The position numbers were made by a program, and so were the translations under genes. From positions 367,813-431,812 of the forward strand of contig JAQGDQ010000182.1 in the NCBI GenBank assembly GCA_030141605.1: a stretch of DNA of 64,000 nucleotides, read 5' to 3'. The notes under the pieces are model-generated. The model saw only the letters and a list, made by a program, of their open reading frames with translations. It was not told where the DNA came from and ran no database searches. Below are positions 39,700 to 53,900 of this stretch, one piece after another (the stretch's first letter is position 1; every line of letters starts with the position of its first letter). This DNA comes from Tubiluchus corallicola. Its lineage: Eukaryota; Animalia; Priapulida.

Positions 39700-40080
39700 G
39701 CTAGCCCAACCATTGATGACATCACAAACTAACATAATTTTCAACAGCAAAAATATTTCCACGAGTGTGTTGCACACGTTTGCGAAAGCAAAAATTGAAG
39801 AACAGTGCTACTGTAAAATATTCAGTGTGTTCTATTGAAACTAGGCATGTTTTAAGATAAAAATTCAAATTTTACGCATGAGTTGTAGAACGTGTGTAGT
39901 TCGTCAGAAACTAACACATCTGAACTGAGAGGTACAGCACCTGTTTTTGTGTAATGAGTTTCCGAAATGCAGGCGCTAGTGCCCGTCTAACTAGCGATGG
40001 TGAAATACATATAACAGCGAAGAACTACTGGGGCGAATGCGAAATTGAGTTTGTGGTAAATAATTTCTTCACGTAAGTCA
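39700..40080. promoter_or_regulatory. Probable divergent promoter for SMNDC1 (minus) and PPP1R9 (plus)
   Basis: CpG-richer segment with a plus-strand donor cac|gtaagt near 40073 and a candidate minus-strand donor gttagt near 39733; inference only. Confidence 0.4.
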
Positions 40081-40637
40081 TTTTTGAAAAAATTGTATGT
40101 TCCCTTTTGATATTTTAAAGAGTAGATTGTTTTGCCGTACAGTTTAAGATTGGGTCCGGTTTTGCTTTAAACGCTAAATAAAAATCTGAAATGAAGCAAC
40201 CGCGTTGGCATCGCTGCAAAGAAGGCAAGCAAAATTTTTATATTTTGATATATAAAAAGGCAACAACAGTGCTTCCTAAACAAGAGAAAAGTTAGCGTGC
40301 ATCTCTCTAGTTCAATCAAAGATAAAAAACAGCAAAATCATCTGAGATCCTCACTTCCAGAGGCGATAAGATTGCAATAAAAAGATTAATAAAAGAGCTC
40401 GTTTTCAATGACTACGAGAGAACATAGTTACTGATTGCAACATTCTAATAACTCAATGGCTATGTTACATCAATTAAACAAAAATTTTAGCACCGTAGTG
40501 CCCTATCTCTGGACATCGTGCTGTAGTACTTCCCTCGAGTGGTCATTGGTGGTTTGCAGCAATTTGTAAAAAACAAGGAACTTAAACTCTAAACTCGATA
40601 CCGAACATTGTTTTTTTAAATCGTACTATTTTCAGAT

Positions 40638-41277
40638 TAGTTTTTACATGGGTAACAAAATTTAGACTCCAGGTACCCGGGTACCTGACTGCTAGGATTC
40701 AGCTGCAGTGAAGAAATTATAATTATTTATATTAACAAATAAAAACAACTGCTGGTGCATTTCAATGTATGGCACTGTTAGGTTAATAGCATGCGTTAAG
40801 TTATTACACACAAAGAGCCTAAACACATGAGCTATGAGTTAAAGTTAGTGTTTTCCCACATAAGGAGTTTTTGCCTTTATCTGCCAGATTTTTCAATAGC
40901 TTAGCCAATATTGCATGCTTTATCAATAAGTCAGCTAAGTCAGCTTAGGTACCGTGCTGAACACCAGTAACGCAGCATTTGTTTTGGTTTGTTTTTTGTA
41001 AGTCACCCCTACGGCAAAAGTGGTTTGATCTGCCATCTCCCAGCAGACTGTGTGTCTGGCAGGCTGCACATGGAGGAGTTAGTAGTCCGCTAGTGGATAT
41101 CTACTGTAGTAGTGCACAGCAGAAGGTGGCATTTAAATTTTAAATTCTCTAACAATGAATATTGTATTAAAAGAAATGTTGCATTTTCACTGTTGGAACC
41201 AGGTTAAAAATATTAGGCTCAGGTAATAAACAATGCGGGTAATTACACGGGTACCCGAATACCCGATGGACACATTA
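40638..41277. mobile_element. Non-autonomous DNA transposon (hAT-like), copy 2; related to 3799-4394
   Basis: Shares termini and internal blocks, e.g. aggtggcatt.aaattttaaattct and tgcattttcactgttggaac. Confidence 0.65.
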
Positions 41278-41430
41278 TTGCAGAATAAAGAATACAGTGG
41301 TCATCATCACTGTTTTCACAGTTAATTCCTGAAAATTTTGCCATCAGATCATTTCACCTTAAATTTCAAGTACATTTCTACCACATCCTCACCATGTAAG
41401 TTTTCACTTATTCCATGCCAATCCCAAAAT

Positions 41431-41540
41431 AGAACAGTCTGTGCAAAAATTATTATGGAATGTTATTCATTAGACACGTTTACACAGTAGAACAGTTCTT
41501 GCAAAAATTATTGTGGAATGTTATTCAATGGAAACATTTA
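41431..41540. repeat. Two-copy tandem repeat, period about 57 bp
   Basis: tagaacagt...tgcaaaaattatt.tggaatgttattca occurs twice. Confidence 0.75.
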
Positions 41541-41912
41541 GTTCATTAGACTATCTATCATAATGTTCAATTTAACATTTGTTGGCACACACACACCGTC
41601 AACGTGATGTCTACATACATCCCTAAATTGGAGTGTAAGAGCACTATGGCTCGAATTGTGCCATCGTTCCCCTCTGCCACATTGGTTACATACTATTTGT
41701 GACATTGGTATGTACGGTTGATCTATCTCTGCCCAATCTGGGCTTCTGTGTAGGAGTCAGCTCTAACATTACCACCTCTAGCTGAGAAGTATGCTGCTGT
41801 AAAACTTTCTAGTATATTTTAGTTTATTTTACTAAGTTATTAGTAATATATTACAGTTACAGAGTTTCGTGTTAGTGACTTTGTAGATTATCCTTCCAGA
41901 TCTAGAATCCCA

Positions 41913-42057
41913 AATTACTAATTACAAATGTAATTATGTTCTATAAGAGACTTATACAACTCACTTAGTTATGACTAGCCTTGAATTACTAATTAGAAAT
42001 GTAATTAAGTTCTATAAAAGACTAATACGACTCACTTAGTTATGACTATCCTTGAAT
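41913..42057. repeat. Two-copy tandem repeat, period about 71 bp
   Basis: aattactaatta.aaatgtaatta.gttctataa.agact.atac.actcacttagttatgacta.ccttg occurs twice. Confidence 0.85.
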
Positions 42058-43100
42058 ATAATTAATAATCATGATCACGTGATGACCATGGTGCGGAGAT
42101 TACTGTCAAGATGCGTGCCATGGAATAATAATAATTAAGTGTACTGTAGAGATTAATATAATATTTAAAGCATATTCTTCTAGCAGACAAACTTAATCTG
42201 TAATGCTAAACATTACAATAATTTAGAACAAAATAATAATAAAAACAGTATATTAAAATCAAAACTGAGAGTACAAGAACTTATCGTGCGTGGTTAAATC
42301 AACAAATTTGCCAAAAACGATTTTTCACAATAATAACAGAAATCCTAGCTTTAGCTCGATTTACAATTTAATCGTGTTTTCTTTACTGTTACGCACGACG
42401 CTAGCACCATTTAGATGGGTTTATGACTTCTATATGCTTTGAGGGCAACGTTAGAGTATAACTGATTTTATAAAAATCAAGTGCACATAATTTATTGTGT
42501 TATAGAAAAGTATTTCAATAAGTTGTGGTTGAAGGATGCATTTACATATGGAGGAAGGCATATCAGCAGGAGAAGTACTTTGATATTATTAAAAAAAACT
42601 ATTGACTTTTGACGTAGGGTATCATAAAAGTTATAAAAACATCATCTGAACACCATCAGGAAAAACAGCGCAGATAGAAATAAATGAAATAATCTGACAA
42701 GGAACAGCACTAAGACCATCATTATAATTTATTGTGCTGTTGTAAATCATGTAGATAATGGTGATAACACGGACTGTAAATGGACAGAAACATATATGTG
42801 AGTAAGTATGTTGAATTATGGGAATAGGACGAAAAACTATAATTAAACAGATGACACAAAACAGTGAAGAAACCAGAGAAACGAAAAGATTAACATTTAA
42901 TTGTACTGAAAACACATTTATAAAAGCAAGTGTGACGCGAAAGAAAAGAGTTTCAGTGTTAATTATTTAAGTGAGTCACTAAGAAATGGGGAGTTGCAGT
43001 GTCTATAAAAAAGTACCAATTGCTAGGGGACTGGATTAATTTAAAAAGTCAGCTATAAAAAAGTGTCGAGAAAATGAACCAGAAAAAACAAAACTGATTA

Positions 43101-43471
43101 TAGTGATCCCTCACTTATCGCTGGCGTTCCGTTGCAGGCCCACCCGCGATAAGTGAATTTCTGCGAAGTAGGGACGCTATACTTATTTTAGTAGTTATAC
43201 AATATTTTAAGTCCTTTTAAACCCTCCCCACACTTTTATACATAACCCTTTCCCATTCCCTTAATAACTTTTTCCATACTGTACATGTACCTTTTAAAAA
43301 ACTTTACTTAAATGTTCATAAAAATGTTTTATGTCAGGCAGATCATTCACATCACATCAAACCGGCGAAACAGCGAAAATACCGCTATAAATATTTTACA
43401 TTAATATTTTTGAAAACCCACGAAACAGTGAGTCCAAGATAAACGAACCGCGAAGTCGCAAGGGAACACTG
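43101..43471. mobile_element. Tigger/pogo-like MITE
   Basis: TA|tagtgatccctcacttatcgc ... gcgaagtcgcaagggaacactg|TA. Confidence 0.75.
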
Positions 43472-44204
43472 TATAATAATGGGAAGTGAGCTGAAAGTGG
43501 GAGACTGCTCAATAGGGGTTAAACTATTGTCATAAATTATTAACTTTTTTTATGTGGGCGCAGTGCTAAATGGCTCTAAAGAATAGTCAGATTTAACAAC
43601 AGTGGAATGGAAGGAATCAGAAATAATTGGAAATATGTGTCTTAAAAGATTATTTAATCTCAAAAAATCAACACCAGACTGGGAATATGTAAATGAATTA
43701 GGCATATGGGCACTAAAATGTAAAGTAAAATATAGGGGACTGATGTTAACAGAAATTTATTGATTAGTATATCAAAGGGTTTAGGATGAAAGGTGCAAGA
43801 TATATGAGGTAATAATTCGTATGAATAGTAGTGACACAATGAAGTAGCAGAAGCTATAATAGCAATGTGTAACAGTGATGCTGACAAAGAAACGATGAAG
43901 ACTACGAAAAATATCTCGTGGAGTAATATTGAACGTTTCCTAAATAATGAAGCATGCTCCAAGAAAGAGCAGAAAATGGTCTACAATGTACGAAGGTTTC
44001 GCTAGGAGAAATGTCCATTAGACGAAATGGGACGGGTGTATTTCGAAGTTCTCTTTCAGCTCCCCCATGCAGCATCCTACTTGGAGCACATATTGTCTTT
44101 GCACTTGAGAAATTATGCTACTATTCTAAGCATTGTCTTTCAGCTTTCAGCTTTGTACATAATGTTTTGCATGGCTTTGCTATACTGATGTGCTGTTGGT
44201 GTTG

Positions 44205-44450
44205 CAGGTGTTGTCATCATTGTCATCATCATCTTCATCATCATCGTCATCATAATTATGATAACATGTGGTGGTCTGGTGTGGTGTGTAAAGGGTGTGG
44301 TTAGTGTGCTGTGGATGGTGAGGTTTGGAGGGTGTGGCATGGTGTGGACGGTGTGAAGTAATGTGGGTGGTTAGGTGTAGTATGGTATGAGTGGTGTAGT
44401 ATGGGTGGTGCGATGTGGATGGTATGGTTCAATGGATGTGGTGCGATTTG
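44205..44450. repeat. Degenerate (CAT)n microsatellite followed by a GT-rich (tggtg-like) low-complexity tract
   Basis: Direct inspection. Confidence 0.8.
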
Positions 44451-46445
44451 TAATAATTGGTTTATGTGCAATATGCTTTGCAGAGTTTATGTCGTGTTGA
44501 CAAAAGGTATAACAGTAGAACACATTAATGTAGAAGTTTCAACAGGAATATAGGTAAAAAGATGCCTGCATATAACGTTTTGTAATAGCCAACCAGTAGA
44601 ACAGAATAATATAGCAAAACTAGAGCAAACCATTTAATATTATGCTGAGCCCACTTTAGAATAGGTAACAGATAGATAGAAGCCATGTCTACCACAGTAA
44701 TAATGGTTTTTACAGGTTATTAATCTAATTGCAAATTGAATGTATGTTTTATGATTTTCAGTAATTCACAACTACAGTTTGGCCTGTATTAATTTCATTG
44801 TCTTTCCATATGCTGTAACCAAGTTTGGTCCTTGATGAGTTTTACATATCTGTATGTTATAACTAACATGTCATTCTTCCTTTCATTTTTATCAGTAACA
44901 ATGAGATTACATATACACATTACTACTATCACAAATTTTGCTAGCAGTAAATTGCTAAGTCCCTGACTGCCTGCTTAGTACTGGAAGGTATAATAGCAAA
45001 GCTCATGCATTAGTTAGTACTATGAGATGGCATGGCAATATTTTTATTATTTTATTGCCAAGAATAATACAAACAAGAACATCTATCATTACTAAATTAA
45101 AAACAGTATTTAGCTTTCAGTTGTATATAGCTGAGGAGGGAGCAGTGGAGCATCACTCCAGTTGATAAAAAGTTTTCCATATCTAAAAAACACACATATG
45201 TATATTCACGCTATTTGATAGAATCCACTGACAAATTCTTACCAATACACCAATGCTGGAGTTATCCTGAAATGCAGCTAGAAAATGGAGGCTATGATTA
45301 CCAAAAGAATATAATTCAACAATAGTCACACCAGAAACTTGTGATTTTTTGTGAGGCATCTGCGAAATGTGTTGGATGATCCTGAATTTGACCCTGATCT
45401 TTTTGAGTCACCCTGACATACTCCTCAAGCTTTTTATGTGACGTCACTGCTCCCAGTGCGTAGTTAGTCTGGTTCATCCAGTGTCTGTTACATGTCAGTA
45501 CTCTCACGTTTTCAATAAATCTCTCTCCTTTAAAAACCTCCTACGTCTTTTGCTGTGCATATAAGAAAGATAACAGGTTTAGATCCCCAAGAGTGTCTAA
45601 TACTTCAGTCGAATAAATTGTTCTGTACTGTTACTCGTGGTTTTTGTAATGCAAGAAGTAGGTTACAATATGTATGCAAAATGTGAAACCCTTCCCTAAA
45701 ACTCTTTTGGCAAATTGTTTTGCAAGACTTATTCTGAGCTGCTAGTACACGTTCTTCGTTTTGTAAGCGCGAGAATTCCCGTGAAGTGCATACATGCGAC
45801 ACTTTTGGCATACGAAGTAGATAAGCTAATTGCCCGTGGCAGATCGTTCACATGTCAATAACCTTATACTTGAGAAAACGTCAGCGATCAGACCAACCAT
45901 GTACGACGAGACGAAGCTGCATTGTGCAACATGAACTTCGGAATCGGACATAAAAATAGTAGGAAGTTCTGCGTTTTGTGAAATTTGTGTGTGTGTCACT
46001 TTCAGCATTTTTATGGTAAGCTAAACAATTTCTTTATCCGTCTGTTTGCGGTTTTGAAATACATTATCTACTTTTAAAAACTCATAGCAACGAATGAGGA
46101 ATGTTACTTTTAAATGCCGTTCATTCATAACAAATGCGCAATGACTCACGTATGACTAATCAGAGCCTTTATTAAAGCCTAAAGGCTTTAGCCTAATCAT
46201 TAATAACGATTTCATCCTACTGCAATAATTCATCATTGTGCAATGCTATAATGCTAATTTTCATTGTGTTACTAGAGAGACTAAAGGTAGCCAACTTCAT
46301 AAGATAAGATCTATGTTTAAACTCGATGGCTAGGATGAACAGTACATTGCATTACATTACGACTGCTGCTAGGTAACAAAGTTCGTGCACTGAGAACGCT
46401 CTTGTCATGCTTAAAATCTTTGCTATATGGCAGTACTGTATGCAA

Positions 46446-46776
46446 TATGTATATATATATATATAATATATATATAATATATATATATAATATAATATAT
46501 ATATATATATATATATAAACTGACTTCACATATACATATAGCATATGTATAATATATATATGTGAAGTACCAACAACTTAGCAAAAGTATATTATTGTCA
46601 CCACATTTTGCAATGTACATTTCACCAACATATTTCCATATACGTTCACATAAACAATACAATTCTCAACAACAAAACTGACTTCACATATACGTATAGC
46701 ATATGTATAAATATGTTGGTGAAATGTACATTGCAAAATGTGGTGACAATAATATACTTTTGCTAAGTTGTTGGTA
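46446..46776. repeat. (TA)n tract plus a 36-bp direct repeat and a 68-bp perfect inverted repeat
   Basis: 46517-46552 nearly equals 46675-46710 (1 mismatch); 46568-46635 is the reverse complement of 46709-46776. Confidence 0.9.
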
Positions 46777-47974
46777 AACTGATGAGATAACAGATTGGAC
46801 TATAAGACTGTACTAGAATATTCCTGTATGCCTAAAACTAGAAAACTTATGATGTGTCCAAATGTGCATTGCTCTGCATTTGTACATTCTTGAGGGTATA
46901 GCACTGAAGCAATATCTAGCTTGTATAATATTTTTGTGCAGAAATGTGGGAATTTGAAATAGTTTCAGACATAAACAAAAGTAAATGTTTCAGATAAAAA
47001 AATTTCTCACTGCTTTAAGGAGGCTTATATGCATCACCCGTCAATCGAACACACTTAGCTCAAACTCTTTGCGACTCAAATGTTAGTTCGAGTAATCCAA
47101 AATGTAAGATGGTTTTTTAAATAAATAAAAAAATAAATAAAATAAAATATTTTGTAGCACGTCTGACATACACAAATTAACATGTATCAGCTGACAATGT
47201 AGTCAGATGTGATTGCATTCATAAAGCTGTTAAAAAATAATTCAAAATTGTTCAGTTACCAAAAAATTCAAATTGAAGGCAGTGATTAGGCAATGCTGTG
47301 CTAAAATTTTTCTTTTGTCTTTTTACTCATAATTTATTGTTACTGTAATTGTACTGAAACCAACAGTCTAAAACTCATTATTAAAAATTAGTTTTCGCAT
47401 GAAAATTTGTCAGCAAAATGTGTTTACTCTTTCTTTTATAAATAAAAACAAAAATTAATAAAGCCATAAAGCTAAATAGTGAGAAAACAAATATAATTGT
47501 ATCTATTGATAGGCTGCAAAGTCAGTGAGTTGGATGTGTTTTGATGCCCTTGTTCATGATTAACAATTATGCTAGCCACACAAGTTAGACTTAAAAGAAA
47601 CACTTGTTACATCTGAAATTACTTAAAAACAATGGCAAATAAAGTCTACAATTAGCCATTTTTGTTTGAGTAAAACAAATGTTCATTCAGTTTAGGCATG
47701 TAACATTTACGTGGGAATATATTGGGTGGAATGTGGGACTTTTCAATTCGATGTATGCATGCTTGAGAAAAGTATGCTCAACTGTATATGTCATGCAGGA
47801 TAATTTGCCATTTAATCTGTTTTTATTGTTTGCTACTTTATTAAGCTTTTTGATTTGTGTTGGTTTCTGTTTGTTTTGCAAAATATTTAGGGTGCTTCGG
47901 GTGCCAAGGTAGCATGTAAGAAATGGCATGACGTCTTCTTTACACTAGTATAAGGCATGATATGATTGGCTAAC

Positions 47975-50900
47975 ATGTCCGAAGTTGTCACAGCCAACCA
48001 TAACCGCAGCTCTTGGCAGAATTCTCAGAAAGCCAAGCTTGGAAGATGTGGTACTGCTGATGCTAAGCCTTGCACTCAAAGTAATGATAACAATGGTAGG
48101 TGTTATGTGCAATTTATAGAGAAAATATTGCAGAATGCAGTTTGTTTTTCAAAATACAATTTACATCATAGTTTATTTTATGCACTACTACTTTAAACAT
48201 TTGTTTTTCAGTTGCCTGCATCGTGACATTTCATGATTTGATATTGTACTGGTTCACTATTATTTCTATAATTGTAGAAAATTTTCTAAACATATAACAA
48301 AATAATTATTGCATAATACAATCTTTCTTAAAGTCAGACTAAGCCCTTACTATAATAAAAGCTTTTTAAACTTGAAATCCTGCTGATGTAGTCTTACAGT
48401 CTGATGTAGGGATGTTAAACAATACAAATTTGGTGCTGCGATAACAATATTATACCATGCTTTTTTCCAACAATACGATAATGATAAGCTATTGTCTAGA
48501 CAATATAATACCATGTGATAAATTATTTCAAACGATAAAAATGATACTGTAGTTAGACAATTTATGCAATAACGGAAAAGTATCATTAATAATTAAAATT
48601 ATTAAGTGCTTTAGTGCATTCAGTGCTGTGTACTTGAATGCTAGTTATGAAACACAAGTTTGTTTGTTTGTAAATAAGTAAGCTGCGACACATAAACATA
48701 TTATTGCCATAAAAACATTTATCTATGTGAGCTGCATATGACCGGGAAAGTGACACTAAAATATGGTACAGTGTATTTAATATACTCGCATCATTATCAA
48801 AGTGTATAAATGGGTCACTATACTTTGCCAATATGTTTCAGACTGAAGATAACTGTTATTGCCAGGTGAAATGGTTCTGACAAGCTTATAATTTTAAATA
48901 ATTCTTTTTATCCACTTCTTTGCATAATTGCTGTAAATAAATAGAGAAGTGACACGATTTTATAAGCAGTGATACATGCCAAATTCGACACGATAACAAT
49001 GTTCCCAGAATATTATTCGATATGATAATGGTAAAAACAAATTTTGCATATCGATAATCATATTCGTTAACATCCCTTGTCTGATGCGTATACATCCTGT
49101 CACTAAGATAAATAGCTGGCCATAATGGTAGATGAAATGGTGCAAAAATAGTTGTGCTAGTGGTCACATATCCATTTACTGATCAGGCTCAATTATCCTT
49201 AATTAAAGTGACCGCATTGTGACTGCTCAGTAGTGTACTCGCTCGCTCCAAGGCAACTATTATGATGACATTTCTTGCAAATAACAATTAGTTTGTTCTT
49301 TCCACTTGCTAACCCACATGTTGAGAGCCTCCATTGACTGTTGATGACTTTATGCCACAATATCATAAAATTTTAAGATTAAATCGAGTGTGTAGAGCCA
49401 CATCGTGTTCTGCTGTCAATTTTTTAAATTATATGACTGTGTGCTCTATTTTACATGAAAATGTCAGGATGTTGGATGCAAAAAGCAAGAAATATATTTA
49501 TCAGTGCTGCCTTATCAAAGAAACAGTTAGATATTTGCCACACTTTAAGTATGCTATTTTTATATCTCATTGCGTATATTAGCATATTGCAGTTACGTAG
49601 TTTTCAGAATATCACATAATGTCAGTGAGCTAAAAAAACATTAGTGGTTAAACTGTTTTGAAACACTGAGATTGGCAGCACATGTGAAACAACAGGTGCT
49701 CATGTTTAAATGCTGAAATTCCATTTATTGATGGCTTCGCAGAGTAATCTGCAACACAGCATTAAAACATTTCATTTTTTTAAATTTTGACTCAAAGCTA
49801 CATACTCGATGCCTAAGGTCATGTTGAAGCCTCATCTATGTAAGCTAAAGTTTCTATGGATAAAACAGAATTAGTAAAGACTATTTAGAGAGGCCCCCAT
49901 TTTATGGGCACGTATGTTATCCTCTGTATACAAAACCAGTAACTAAGCTTTCAGCATCACTATTTACTATTTTCACTTACCCCATGCTGACACTCTATGC
50001 TTATGGTAGATCAAAATATTTAAAACTGAGTCTTACAGCTAATCTTTTCTTTTAACAACTATCATTTTATTATATGTGAAATAGGTTTAGTTTGCTGGTT
50101 AGATTTTTGCTCATTATTACTGAGCACAAGTTCTAACAGGCTAAAATTAGCATCATTGTTTTTGCAACCTTTATATAGTTTGTGAGGATAAATATGACCT
50201 CATATCTGATTATCCTGAATAAGCAATCAAAAAAACCATTTGTACCATTGAATGTAGAATTATGTGGGCTACACATGTGCCTCCTTTTTTCTACACTTAA
50301 TTGGCTGTGCTGTTAAGATTGTGACGCAAGCGATGATACACAGACTATGTTTGTGCCCCTCCTGCATCGAGGACTAAGCTCTGCTTATAGGAATTAACAT
50401 TTAAAGAGGATCTTGTGGTTGATCTTCTTTCTACACTATTTTATGCAGATTCACCTGATGACTGCAAAGCACTGGACAACGTTACCGGCACCCGAGTCAA
50501 CAAAATACGTAGCATGTTCCAAAACATGACGCCAGCTCCGCCTGGTGGCGGTGAGATGCACGCGCCTGTTAGCAATCATCCGTATCATCATCCTCATCAT
50601 ATGAATCATCACTCACGAGGTGACCACCTGTTTCATGCACCACCTGCTGAGGAGAAAAGAAACGGGGAAAATAACTGGGATAAGGAAAAGTATGTAATAA
50701 AGTATATTTGTATCTTTTGTTTTTTTAGCATGATGGTTTTTACTACAGGCATCAAATACTAATAATTTCAACATTATTGCCTCTGCTCTTACTGAATTTA
50801 CTTAAAGAAAGACCAAGGCTGCTCTATACATTCTATACATTTATCACTATTACAATACTACCACCTTTCTGTTCCTTATGCCCTATTCAATACGGCCTAT

Positions 50901-53900
50901 TATTATTGATATGTTCCAAACCAAACAGGTTTCTGCTTAATTATACATGACTAGCTCCTGTCTTTAAAAGCAGTGTTATTGAATGTCTAATGATGGTATA
51001 AACTCACAATTAATTAAATTCACCTTTTCAACTTTTTTGTATTTTCTTGGTATCAAAATTTAATTAATTGTGGGTTTGCACCATCGTTAATAGTAATGCT
51101 GATACTAAGATTATAATAATTAGACTTTGTCTTGTTTTTAAGCTTCTGGAACTAAATGTATTTTTGAATTTTGAAGCCATATTTGTGCAGGGTATAACCA
51201 GTTTTCCTGGGCAGGGTGACTTATTGTTGGTACCCTTCATAACAATTACAATAATACAGATGATCTCTTACACTGTCATCTTTTATTATAACTAACTTAT
51301 GTTTGCATAATGCTAATTTCTAAAAAAGTGGGTTTTAAATTCTTTTATTTGATTATTCTTTGAATTAAACGTGTTGTAATTCTAGAACAACTACGCACAA
51401 TCCCGATGTTAAATTGTTGGAATCTCTCAACCATGTCAGCCGCTTCAAGTCGACTAGGGCGATGTTCGAGAAGTTGGAGCAGCAGAGCCGGGCCAACACA
51501 AACTATCGCTCGAGTCCGCCAATCAAACGACATTTTGTAATTCCTAAGCCACAGAGATCACCGCGCTCTTCTCGTTCGTCATCGCCCACCAGCGATCGTG
51601 ATTTTGTGAGTCCAGAGCGCACGATACAGCGAGTTGATAATGATATTACAAATGGCAAACCAGAGCTGTTAAACTCAACTAAAAGCTCAGTCGACAATTC
51701 TTCCACAGATGCTGACATAAAAAGGTACATTTAATATCAGTATATAAGTTAAAGTGAGTTTTTTGTATGTCTCAGAAAAGTCCTTGCAGAATGGAGAACA
51801 TAGCCAGCTAAGTTTGCTAAATAGGTAGCCTAGGAACCTCGACAATGGTTTTATCATATGATTACTAATAATTGCAAAATTGTTAATAGAATTTGATCAG
51901 TTTTGTAACACTCAGAAATGTTATGGTGCATAGTTATGAGTTGTGTATGCTTCTGTGTCAGCACTGTGGCAGGCAACTGTTTATCATGGCTGATGGTATG
52001 TTCCAAATTCCAAAAATAATATAATCTTTCGACATTGAATGAGTATATTGACATACATCATCTTCCTTTTTAGAAACAAGCTGAAGCCTAAAAACAACAA
52101 GCCTGTTGCAATACCAAAATCTCACAATGCTGTTAGTTCAAAGGTTGACGATAACAAGTCGAAGCCTGCCCTTAATCTGCCTTACAGTGAGGTGAAAGGC
52201 GGCAGAATTACTGGCCAAACGCCGAGAAATGCTACACCGTACAAACCTTTGAAGTCAAGGGGTATGTCTTAAAAACTATGTTTTACTGTTCAATAACATT
52301 ATTACGATAAATAGTGTTTAGGTGACGTGACGCTCACAAATTCGGATTGAAAGGCGGCAGAATTACTGGCCAAACGCCGAGAAATGCTACACCGTACAAA
52401 CCTTTGAACTCAAGGGGTATGTCTTAAAAACTATGTTTTACTGTTCAATAACATTATTACGATAAATAGTGTTTAGGTGACGTGATTAGCTGAGTGGTCA
52501 CAGTTTGTTGTGCTCGGTATCTGAGCTTAAGAACAGTAGGCTTGGTAAGTGAATGGAATAGGTGACCCACAGGAAATTGTTTCTGGATGGTTTCATTTAT
52601 TATCACGCTGGTAGCCAGTTAATTGTTTTGCTGCTCAAGGGAAGATTCGGGAAGATGCACCCAAACACACTTTATTGTTTCATCTTAGAGAGTCATCTTT
52701 GATAATAGTCAGCTTTCTTAAAATAAAAATGATAGCCAACACCCTCATGAACAAAGACCTAGCTTTTATTCAGACACAATGTCACACCTACAATCGACCT
52801 AAATAAAAGTACAGTGTGAAAAATAATCATACAAAAATTAACAATATGACAAACAATCAAACAAGACAAATACTAAATACTAAACGTTTGTGCAAACGTT
52901 TCTCTTATTACCACCCACAGGCATTGGTCAGAATGAATCTGTGGGAGTAACATGACTTTATTTTTTCTGTTATTTGGCTTTGTATCACACTATATGTAAG
53001 TTTACAAGCTTTTCCTTGAATGGCTACTATATAATCATTCAAGACCAAGAGTATCACCAAGTAACTTATCAACATTATTTATGAAAGTGCAGAAGTATTT
53101 TGTTTTTTTTTAGCTAAAACGAGTTGAAAACACCTTATGATCTGCGAGTGCCTATTAGCTTCAGTTCAGATGTTTATGATGTCCATTGAAAAAGTTTTAT
53201 TAGTGTCAGACTCTTTTTAAATGAATTTTGTCACTGCCCAAGTGCAGCAGCCAATTATTGACTGCTTTATGATAATTACCATTTGATGCCTGTGGTAGGG
53301 CTGATAGAGGTGATTTTCAAGATGAAATTATGGGGTTCAATGAAAATTAGGGAAACTGAACAATAACAGGGAAAAACGGAAAATAATTACAAGTGAAAGC
53401 ATGTTAGCAATTTAATCAAATGGATGTATTTTTTAAATATCACTAATGTGATTATGAAATGTTTCAGCATTATAAATATTAATATCGGTCCATTTTTAAT
53501 TGCAGATAATGGTTGGTGGCAGCGTGGGAGTAAGCTAGATGATACCAATATTAAACCATCATCGAGAAAAGTGTGTGCCGACGATGATTTGAGTAAAGAC
53601 ATAGATAATGAAAAAGATGTCAAGAAGCGGCCGTCATCCATAGACATTAATAAAAAATTTACTGGGCCAACCAAACGAGCAGCCAAGCTAGATAGTGTAG
53701 ACAGTAAACAAGAGGTATATAGCGAAATTTCTTGATTATTTGTAGTATAAACTACTAAAGAATTATGTTCTCCGAGATACCCTTTTGTACAAAAGGCATT
53801 GCAGTATGTACTGTAAATTACGGGTCAGTTTTGGACATTCCAGTTCAATTGTACCTGTGAATTTGGGTTCAACTGCACAAATTCGGATTGAAAACTAATA

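Noticed and set aside
41431-42057. Short repeats as a CRISPR-like array
   Set aside because: Only two-copy tandem duplications without unique spacers, in eukaryotic intronic DNA with no cas genes
42560-44060. Possible heavily decayed RTE-like LINE around the Tigger MITE (similar weak signal at 55940-56260 and L2-like at 8050-8440)
   Set aside because: Only faint motif resemblance; boundaries and family cannot be supported by eye
43954-44340. His/Cys-rich and Met/Thr-rich ORFs
   Set aside because: Produced by the (CAT)n microsatellite
46317-46662. Tyr/Ile-rich ORFs
   Set aside because: Produced by the (TA)n microsatellite
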